A DNA stretch of 5,700 bases from a virus: IMG/VR virus record IMGVR_UViG_3300050014_000428, positions 1 to 5,700 of that record. One strand, given 5' to 3'. Shown here piece after piece: positions 1-4,562 of this stretch. The stretch's first letter is position 1; each line of letters opens with the position of its first letter. Below the pieces are notes generated by a model. That model was not told the origin of the DNA. It saw only the letters and a list, made by a program, of their open reading frames with translations, and ran no database searches. A program made the translations under genes and the position numbers.

Positions 1-127
1 CCAGTCCGCCGACTACTGATGTCAAGACTGAGCCGAAAACAACCTTTTGTGCGGAACATCCAACGGATTCGACGTGTAAAGCTGCTGATAGCACATTTCA
101 AGGGTCATGCGGTGCGGGGATTAGTGG
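1..127. repeat. Terminal direct repeat, copy 1 (identical to 5574-5700)
   Basis: Base-by-base comparison: ccagtccgccgactactgatgtcaag...ggtgcggggattagtgg occurs at both ends with no mismatch I could see. Offset is 5,573 nt. Confidence 0.95.
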
Positions 128-503
128 GTCTGTGGCCGCTTGTACAGGGGACGCTGTCCAGTGCGCGCAGGCTGCTGCGGCGTTTAAGATTCAGTGCGAT
201 ATGGAGTCGGAACCAACGGATGCGGCGTACCTGCTCGGGAAGGTGATTTCTAGCGGGGGTGTCGATTCTGTCCCTAATCCGCTGTCTGACGACAAGACAA
301 CGAAAATTGATTTGCTTTCGATTGTCAGCACGGTGGGCGGGGTGCGTTTGCTCTCTTCGACGTGTATTGCGGCTCCGTCATTCACCATTCAAGGCAAGTC
401 TTATACCTTGCCAGTGGATCAGTTCTGTTCATTCGCCCAGATTGTGGGGTATCTCATGGTTGCGGCATCTGCTGTAATCGCCGTTCGTATGGTAGCGTCA
501 TAA
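1..503 (+). CDS. pIII-like minor coat / adsorption protein, C-terminal part (continuation of 4601-5700 across the circular junction)
   Basis: Same frame as ORF-track entry 132-503, but open back to position 1 (first full codon at 3). The region contains Cys pairs (TFCAEHPTDSTC, GSCGAG, AACTGDAVQCAQ, KIQCD). It ends ...FCSFAQIVGYLMVAASAVIAVRMVAS, a hydrophobic C-terminal membrane anchor like Ff pIII. Stop TAA 501-503. Confidence 0.8.
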   Translation, partial: SPPTTDVKTEPKTTFCAEHPTDSTCKAADSTFQGSCGAGISGSVAACTGDAVQCAQAAAAFKIQCDMESEPTDAAYLLGKVISSGGVDSVPNPLSDDKTTKIDLLSIVSTVGGVRLLSSTCIAAPSFTIQGKSYTLPVDQFCSFAQIVGYLMVAASAVIAVRMVAS

Positions 504-512
504 GGAAATATT

Positions 513-815
513 ATGCCAGCATTTCTGATACCGGCGATTGCCGGGGCCTTGTTGTCAGTTGCCGCGTCTTTGGTCGGGCGCATTATTGTGGCCTTGGGAA
601 TGGGGCTTGTGGCCTACAGTGGCATCAATACCGCATTGTCATATTTCCAGACTACATTTACGAATGCGATGGGCGGGGCCGGGGCTACGCTGGCGGGTAT
701 GTGCGGCGTTCTTCAGTTGGACACATGCTTGGCTATTTTCACGGCGGCGGCTCTGGCCAAGTTGGCGATTGCTGGTGCATCATCGGGCACCATTAAGAGG
801 CTGGCAATCAAGTAA
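513..815 (+). CDS. pVI-like small integral membrane protein (minor virion / assembly protein, comparable to the DUF2523-type proteins of other inoviruses)
   Basis: ATG 513 has AAGGA (502-506) 6 nt upstream and starts 9 nt after the pIII-like stop. The 100-aa product is very hydrophobic and Gly/Ala-rich with several TM-length stretches (AFLIPAIAGALLSVAASLVGRIIVALGMGLVAY; LDTCLAIFTAAALAKLAIAG). Its position between the pIII-like and pI genes matches Ff gVI. Confidence 0.7.
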   Translation: MPAFLIPAIAGALLSVAASLVGRIIVALGMGLVAYSGINTALSYFQTTFTNAMGGAGATLAGMCGVLQLDTCLAIFTAAALAKLAIAGASSGTIKRLAIK

Positions 816-1045
816 TGGCAAGGGTTTAGGACGTCGGGATAAGAGAAAAATGCAATAGCCATAGAAATATATGACAACTGTATAATCAGAATACGTATAT
901 GCCATAAATAAATATGACAAAAGAGTATGCAGGTTATCCGTGTGTCATAAAATAACATGCATTAGTAATAAATTGGCCATGCGGTTGTCATAAAAGAGAT
1001 ATGACAATATGGCATTGGTATATGTTTATGTCTTGAGGGCTTGCT
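816..1045. promoter_or_regulatory. AT-rich intergenic island carrying an array of TATGACA(A) repeats; putative operator/iteron and promoter region for the pI gene
   Basis: By hand count, 841-1020 is about 31% G+C, against about 60% in 541-600. ATATGACAA occurs at 869-877, 912-920 and 999-1007. Inverted cores are TGTCATA at 943-949 and TTGTCATA at 985-992. A ~20-nt direct repeat, gccataNaaNtaNatatgacaa, occurs at 858-877 and 901-920 (17/20 identical). A perfect TATAAT lies at 881-886. No credible ORF is present. Confidence 0.6.
985..1007. repeat. Perfect 8-bp inverted repeat TTGTCATA-n7-TATGACAA (candidate operator about 40-60 nt upstream of the pI start)
   Basis: Positions 985-992 pair base-for-base with 1000-1007, with spacer aaagaga. 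The left arm TTGTCA also resembles a -35 hexamer. Confidence 0.6.
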
Positions 1046-2092
1046 ATGATTACGCTAACGACTGGTCTCCCCGGTTCGGGGAAAACACTATTCACGATTG
1101 ATTCTGTGAAGCAATTGGCTGACAAAGAGAATAGGCCAGTGTTTTACTCGGGTATCAAGGATTTGGCATTACCATGGCATGAGATAGACGCTGAGAAGTG
1201 GATGGATTGCAGCGAGGGCGCGATTATCGTGATTGACGAATGCCAGCGGTTATTCAGGCCACGGGGTAACGGGTCGCTGGTTCCGGCCTATGTCTCGGAG
1301 TTGGAAACCCATCGCCACAAGGGGTTCGATATCTTCCTTGTGACTCAGCACCCCATGCTGATGGATGCTAATGTGAGAAGGCTAACCGAACGTCATAACC
1401 ATGTGGCGCGGCGGTTTGGGATGCAGCGTGCAACAGTACTCCAGTTCGAGTCGTGTAAAGAGCAACCTCTTTCTAAGCAGGAAGGGGCACAAAGGCTCGA
1501 ATGGAAGTACCCCAAGGCAGTTTTCGAGTATTACAAGTCGGCGGAAGTCCATACGGTCAAGCGGCGCATTCCGATGACGCTGTGGGTGCTGCTGTCCTTG
1601 CCTTTGCTGGTCGGCGGGATTATCTGGTATTTCGTGTCGTCACATTATCAAGATGGAAAGGTGGTCATAACCAAGTCACCCATTCCACCTGGACAAACAG
1701 TGGATATTTCGGGTAAGCAAGCGGCAGGGGGGAAGGATTCGGCTCAACACGTTCGTACCCCGGTGGAATATCTTGCGGCCTACACCCCGAGGGTAGCGGG
1801 GCTTGCCTACACTGCGTCGGTGTATGACGAGGTGACAAAGCCTGTGCGCGCTCCGGTGCCGGCGGGTACAGTGGTGGCGCGGGGCAAGTGCAAAGCCTAC
1901 ACCGATCAAGGCACCCCCCTTGCTATGGATCAAGCCTTGTGTATGCAGTTTGCCGCGAACGGGTTTTATCGAGAGTTCGACAATAAACCCGTTGGCAAGG
2001 CTATAGAAACGCGCAAGGATGCTCCTAACGTGGATAAGCCTGTGCCCTACACCCAAACAGTGCCCAATTCGGTGGAAGCGGCTGTGCTGTAG
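1046..2092 (+). CDS. Zot / pI-family filamentous-phage assembly ATPase
   Basis: ATG 1046 has GAGGG (1035-1039) 6 nt upstream. N-terminal Walker A GLPGSGKT (1064-1087), Walker-B-like IIVIDECQ, and the block THRHKGFDIFLVTQHP typical of the Zot/pI family. A single TM helix MTLWVLLSLPLLVGGIIWYFV (aa 177-197) is followed by a ~150-aa presumably periplasmic tail. Confidence 0.92.
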   Translation: MITLTTGLPGSGKTLFTIDSVKQLADKENRPVFYSGIKDLALPWHEIDAEKWMDCSEGAIIVIDECQRLFRPRGNGSLVPAYVSELETHRHKGFDIFLVTQHPMLMDANVRRLTERHNHVARRFGMQRATVLQFESCKEQPLSKQEGAQRLEWKYPKAVFEYYKSAEVHTVKRRIPMTLWVLLSLPLLVGGIIWYFVSSHYQDGKVVITKSPIPPGQTVDISGKQAAGGKDSAQHVRTPVEYLAAYTPRVAGLAYTASVYDEVTKPVRAPVPAGTVVARGKCKAYTDQGTPLAMDQALCMQFAANGFYREFDNKPVGKAIETRKDAPNVDKPVPYTQTVPNSVEAAVL

Positions 2093-2417
2093 GTTCCGCG
2101 CCCGCTGGCGCGGCAAGAGGCTTCTCCGCATTCGGGTAGGGGTCGGTCTGTCGGTATTCCCCCTTGCGGAGTTCCAAGGCTTACGGGCCGGAGGCCCAAG
2201 CCGAACGCGCGGCTATTTAACCCCCCCCCTCTATAGACGCCTTTCCGCTTTTGCTCTGGCGGTCTGCGCGCTTTTGCCACCTATCCGGTAGTCAGCCAAG
2301 GCGCTAAGTGCTGAGGGCCGGGACGCGCGAAGCGCGGCACGGGCCACGGGGCTTGTCTCTTTTACAACAAGTCGCATGCGAGCAACGGAAACGCAGACTG
2401 CCTAGGGTTTAAAAGGG

Positions 2418-2446
2418 TTGTTTTACACTTGACAAAAGTGTAAATT
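2418..2446 (+). promoter_or_regulatory. Candidate sigma70-type promoter for rep (-35 TTGTTT 2418-2423, 17-nt spacer, -10 TAAATT 2441-2446), overlapped by the inverted repeat
   Basis: Hexamer matches are 4/6 and 4/6 with ideal 17-nt spacing. A perfect TTGACA (2429-2434) also sits in the loop of the inverted repeat but has no usable -10 at 16-18 nt. Sequence inspection only. Confidence 0.3.
2422..2444. repeat. Perfect 9-bp inverted repeat TTTACACTT-gacaa-AAGTGTAAA (candidate operator or origin hairpin)
   Basis: All nine positions of 2422-2430 pair with 2436-2444. It lies about 95 nt upstream of the rep ATG and shares TGACAAAAG with repeat copy 915-923 in the AT island. Confidence 0.65.
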
Positions 2447-2536
2447 CCTTTTGCGCAAGAAAAGGCCCGCTTGGCGGCGGGCCCTTGGTGCAAACAAACG
2501 GTGCTGGTGACTAGCCAGCGAACAAACGGTGAAAAG

Positions 2537-3664
2537 ATGATAACCTCAAATGCAACCAAGTTGCAAGACTCGCACATAGCGCCTTTCTACGTGAATCGCG
2601 GGCGAGTCAATCAGGCCCGGTATGCTGCGGCGGAATTCGAAGCGGCGCTCAAGGCCAAACCCCTACCTGATAAGTGCGTGGTTCTGGATTCCACCGTGCA
2701 GCGCGTGTTCCGTATGCGCAAGGGTATTCTGACCGCCAGCCGGCTGATAAACGCACGGCTCAAGACCTATATCGATCCAAAGGGCAAGCGGCGCAAGTGG
2801 GTGCCGGTCATGGTTACGCTGACCTATGCCGATAGTTGCGAGTGGGCACCGGATCACATTTCAAAATATATCCATACGGTTTCGGAGTGGGGGCGGCGCC
2901 GGGGCTACAAATTGCCTTATGTGTGGGTGATGGAACTGACGAAAAAAGGCCGTGCGCATTACCATGTCATATTCTGGATACCAGTGCATTTGTTCATTCC
3001 CAAGGCTGACGTTCAAGGTTGGTGGGTGCATGGGTCAAGTAACACGGTTCGGGCGCGCAACCCGTACGGGTATCTGTCGAAGTATGCCAGCAAGGCACTT
3101 GTGCATGATGACGAGGGCAAGCGGGTAGAGTTTCCCAGGGGTGCGCGTATTCACGGCATTGGCGGCGTCACGGCTGACGAAGCGGCAATTATTGCGTGGT
3201 GGAAGTTGCCCAAGGATTTGCGCCGGGGGGACGAGGGTTCGTGCAAATGGCGGCGACACAAGGGTGGCGGGTGGGTGTGCATTGAGGGGGACGCGCGCGG
3301 CGAAATATACGTGTGTAACTGGGGGCTGTCCGCGATCAACGTCAAGGCGAAGCAAGTGCGGCTCGTTGAAAAGTCGAGCCGTGAGGACTGGGACGCGGGG
3401 GCTACTTTTGGGCGGGACTGGGCTTCTTTGGTGGCGGCAACGGCTTCGGCGAACTATGCCGCCGGTCAGGCAGCGGGTGCGGCTGCTGTGGCGTCAATAC
3501 AAACATATCGGCGGTCCTGGATTTGGCAAGGCGGGGGGCCGGGGTTCGTACATCCGACTGATGTGCCCATGAGTGAAGGATTGTTTCCAGGAGATCAGCA
3601 AGGCTTAGACCGTTTCGTGCAGCTTGTGTTTTCAACACCAGATGCATCTCAGGGGCAACCTTAA
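2537..3664 (+). CDS. Rolling-circle replication initiator (HUH endonuclease superfamily, two-tyrosine type; gII-equivalent)
   Basis: RCR motif I VMVTLTY (about 2807-2827); HUH motif AHYHVIFW (HYHVIF = 2957-2974); motif III YGYLSKYASK (3065-3094) with two Tyr spaced Y-x-x-x-Y, closely resembling the phiX174 gpA active site YVAKYVNK. I prefer ATG 2537 (GGTGA 2528-2532 upstream) over the ORF-track TTG 2471, which sits in a hairpin loop. The last ~87 aa (from about 3402) are low-complexity and overlap a minus-strand ORF. Confidence 0.9.
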   Translation: MITSNATKLQDSHIAPFYVNRGRVNQARYAAAEFEAALKAKPLPDKCVVLDSTVQRVFRMRKGILTASRLINARLKTYIDPKGKRRKWVPVMVTLTYADSCEWAPDHISKYIHTVSEWGRRRGYKLPYVWVMELTKKGRAHYHVIFWIPVHLFIPKADVQGWWVHGSSNTVRARNPYGYLSKYASKALVHDDEGKRVEFPRGARIHGIGGVTADEAAIIAWWKLPKDLRRGDEGSCKWRRHKGGGWVCIEGDARGEIYVCNWGLSAINVKAKQVRLVEKSSREDWDAGATFGRDWASLVAATASANYAAGQAAGAAAVASIQTYRRSWIWQGGGPGFVHPTDVPMSEGLFPGDQQGLDRFVQLVFSTPDASQGQP

Positions 3665-3695
3665 CGGTTTTCCAGAGGTTCATTTTATTAGACAT
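3402..3695 (-). CDS. Putative ribbon-helix-helix (Arc/Mnt/CopG-like) transcriptional regulator, antisense to the 3' end of rep
   Basis: ATG at 3695 (minus) has AAGGA 8 nt upstream (complement of 3704-3708). The N-terminus NLWKTVKVAPEMHLVLKTQAARNGLSLADLLETILHSW fits the RHH pattern: a beta-strand with alternating hydrophobics, then P-E..LK..A..NG.S....LL..I, comparable with Mnt FNFRMPMEVREKLKFRAEANGRSMNSELLQIV. The C-terminal ~45 aa are Pro-rich and look like read-through forced by the overlapping rep frame. Confidence 0.5.
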   Translation of the reverse strand: MSNKMNLWKTVKVAPEMHLVLKTQAARNGLSLADLLETILHSWAHQSDVRTPAPRLAKSRTADMFVLTPQQPHPLPDRRHSSPKPLPPPKKPSPAQK

Positions 3696-3790
3696 GCAGA
3701 AATTCCTTGACGTGGAAAAGTTTAAAGGTGTAAGGTTCGTGCCGTCACGAATCGTTCCACAAATAGCTTAATACACCGGAAGGTAAAAAA
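3696..3790. promoter_or_regulatory. Divergent control region between the RHH ORF (-) and the SSB/structural operon (+), with palindrome TTCGTGccgtCACGAA (3736-3751)
   Basis: Plus-strand candidate promoter: TTGACG 3707-3712, 18-nt spacer, TAAGGT 3731-3736. Minus-strand candidate: -35 GTGACG (complement of 3743-3748), 16-nt spacer, -10 TTTAAA (3721-3726). The perfect 6+6-bp palindrome with a 4-nt spacer starts at the last base of the plus -10 and covers the minus -35. Confidence 0.35.
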
Positions 3791-4087
3791 ATGCAAGCGA
3801 CCATGATAGGCGTCACGCGTATGTCGGGAATTGGCAAGGAAAGCAAGGCGAAGTATGATATGACAAGGGCACTTATTCTCAACCCGATCGCGCCGTTTGA
3901 AAAAGAAAACTTCAAGCGGGAGGGGTTCGGGTTTGAAGTGATTGAGGTCGAAATGTCGGCGGACTGTTTGCCGTTCTTCGCGGTGCAAAAATTTCCGCTT
4001 GCGGGCAATTTCGACGTGGTGAATGAGGTGCGGGGCGGCAAGCTGGCACCCGTGATTGTCGGCATGGTCGCGTCGAAGGCTGCCTAA
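3791..4087 (+). CDS. gV-like ssDNA-binding protein (assigned mainly by position, size and loose similarity)
   Basis: ATG 3791 has GGAAGG (3778-3783) 7 nt upstream. The 98-aa product sits directly downstream of rep and upstream of the coat module. VTRMSGIGKESKAKYDMTRALIL loosely parallels Ff gVp TTRSGVSRQGKPYSLNEQLCYV. Its stop overlaps the next start (TAATG, 4085-4089). Confidence 0.6.
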   Translation: MQATMIGVTRMSGIGKESKAKYDMTRALILNPIAPFEKENFKREGFGFEVIEVEMSADCLPFFAVQKFPLAGNFDVVNEVRGGKLAPVIVGMVASKAA

Positions 4088-4326
4088 TGATTTGCGCGAC
4101 GTACTCCGCTACGGGCGAAGTGCTGGTCGTGCTTCCTGCGCCCCCGGATATTTCAGGGTGTGCGCTACTTATTCCGACTGCGGCAGACCAAGCGAACTAC
4201 CCGTTTTCTTTGTCTGCTGCGGACGGTTCAGCGGTGGCATTTGCCATCGTTCTTGTGTGGGGCGCGGGTTTTGCGGGGCGAGCCTGTATTCGTGCGCTTT
4301 TTTTAGGCGGTGTTTCTAGTGAATAA
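4087..4326 (+). CDS. Hypothetical small membrane protein occupying the gVII/gIX position (possible minor virion or assembly protein)
   Basis: ATG 4087 is coupled to the SSB stop (TAATG), and its end overlaps the coat-gene GTG by 8 nt, so the genes are tightly packed like an operon. It has a hydrophobic segment SAVAFAIVLVWGAGFAG followed by R. The competing frame 4056-4319 is Arg/Cys-rich and looks non-coding. Confidence 0.5.
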   Translation: MICATYSATGEVLVVLPAPPDISGCALLIPTAADQANYPFSLSAADGSAVAFAIVLVWGAGFAGRACIRALFLGGVSSE

Positions 4327-4489
4327 AATCTATAGTGTTCTGTTGTTCGTTCTGCCCATTTCGGCTTTTGCGGCTGTTGATGTTACCGCCATTACGTCGG
4401 TTTTGGCTGACGTCGCGCTGGTTTCGGCTGCTGTCTTTGGCGTTTATGTCGCCATCAAGGCGTCGAAGTTCATCCGCCACGCTCTCTAA
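4319..4489 (+). CDS. Major coat protein (pVIII-like) precursor, 56 aa; not in the supplied ORF track
   Basis: GTG 4319 has AGGCGG (4305-4310) 8 nt upstream. Translation: MNKIYSVLLFVLPISAFA / AVDVTAITSVLADVALVSAAVFGVYVAIKASKFIRHAL. This gives a signal peptide with an A-F-A cleavage motif, then a 38-aa mature peptide with an acidic N-terminus (2 Asp), a hydrophobic core and a basic C-terminus (K,K,R,H), which is the textbook inovirus coat layout. Stop TAA 4487-4489, followed by a terminator as after Ff gVIII. Confidence 0.8.
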   Translation: MNKIYSVLLFVLPISAFAAVDVTAITSVLADVALVSAAVFGVYVAIKASKFIRHAL

Positions 4490-4516
4490 TCGAGAACGCA
4501 TCGGATGAAGTTCGAC

Positions 4517-4544
4517 AGGCGGGGCTACGTCCTCGCCTTTTTTT
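4517..4544 (+). terminator. Rho-independent terminator downstream of the coat gene
   Basis: An 8-bp stem AGGCGGGG / CCTCGCCT (one G-U pair), a 6-nt loop ctacgt, then a run of seven T (4538-4544). It starts 28 nt after the coat stop. Confidence 0.75.
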
Positions 4545-4562
4545 ATTCCCGAGGGTATGACA

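Larger units (their letters stand above)
2093..2536 (+). other. Major intergenic region: hairpin-dense, GC-rich; candidate packaging signal / replication origins plus the rep promoter and leader
   Basis: Stem-loops read directly from the sequence: 2096-2113 (ccgcgcc/cgct/ggcgcgg); 2124-2171 (ctccgca...agggg / cccct-tgcggag, imperfect); 2178-2202 (ggctt-ac-gggcc gga ggccc-aagcc); 2316-2345 (ggcc..cgcgc gaa gcgcg..ggcc); 2422-2444 (9-bp perfect inverted repeat); 2461-2486 (ggcccgc ttggcg gcgggcc). There is also a C9 run at 2221-2229 and a direct repeat cgcttttgc at 2246-2254 and 2269-2277. The location between the last assembly gene and rep parallels the Ff intergenic region. Confidence 0.6.

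Noticed and set aside
19-858. ORFs 19-246(+), 191-388(-), 259-477(+), 362-796(+), 538-858(+), 713-958(-)
   Set aside because: They overlap the pIII-like C-terminus or the pVI-like gene in other frames. They are Arg/Cys/Trp-rich or otherwise implausible, lack ribosome-binding sites, and break the tight operon layout. ORF 713-958(-) merely runs from the AT island into the antisense of the pVI-like gene.
885-1045. Possible XerC/D dif-like attP, LexA box (CTGT-n8-ACAG near 879-894), CRP-like site (941-957) or DnaA box (TTATCCGTG 934-942) in the AT island
   Set aside because: Hand alignment to E. coli dif (GGTGCGCATAA-TGTATA-TTATGTTAAAT) gave at best about 6-7 of 11 matches in one arm and a poor second arm. 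The LexA right half-site is absent. The CRP and DnaA matches miss key positions. AT-rich DNA yields such partial matches by chance.
1501-2291. ORFs 1501-1716(+), 1676-2131(-), 2019-2291(+), 2047-2280(-)
   Set aside because: They are out-of-frame or antisense overlaps of the well-supported pI gene, or they run through the GC-rich hairpin region. Their composition is Arg/Gly/Pro-rich, and they have no start context.
2461-2486. Hairpin ggcccgc-ttggcg-gcgggcc as a terminator
   Set aside because: On the + strand no T-run follows it. On the minus strand it is followed by TTTTCTT, but no credible minus-strand gene ends there. I kept it only as one of the intergenic stem-loops.
2471-2536. TTG 2471 as the rep start (ORF-track 397-aa version), and ORF 2362-2577(-)
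   Set aside because: TTG 2471 lies in the loop of the 2461-2486 hairpin with no Shine-Dalgarno, and the added 22 aa (MAAGPWCKQTVLVTSQRTNGEK) look non-coding. ATG 2537 with an upstream GGTGA is preferred. The minus ORF crosses the promoter and leader and is Cys/Phe-rich junk.
2663-3572. ORFs 2663-2857(-), 3035-3355(-), 3141-3572(+), 3151-3345(-) inside rep
   Set aside because: These are shadow frames of a gene whose HUH and Tyr motifs fix the real frame. Their products are Arg/Pro/Cys-rich with no recognisable features.
2537-3664. A gX-like internal in-frame start within rep (as in Ff gII/gX)
   Set aside because: The only in-frame Met codons in the C-terminal half are at aa ~154 (inside the catalytic core) and ~367 (30 aa from the end). 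Neither has an RBS. No support.
3694-3771. Small + strand ORF MQKFLDVEKFKGVRFVPSRIVPQIA in the rep-SSB spacer, and antisense ORFs 3722-3988(-) and 3745-4065(-)
   Set aside because: The small ORF has no RBS, and its ATG is just the palindromic CATG shared with the minus-strand RHH start. The two minus ORFs are antisense shadows of the SSB gene with implausible composition.
4056-4319. ORF 4056-4319(+) as an alternative to 4087-4326
   Set aside because: It is Arg/Cys/Gly-rich (RRRLPNDLRDVLRYGRSAGRASC...) and starts inside the SSB gene without coupling signals. The 4087 frame has TAATG coupling and a TM-like segment.
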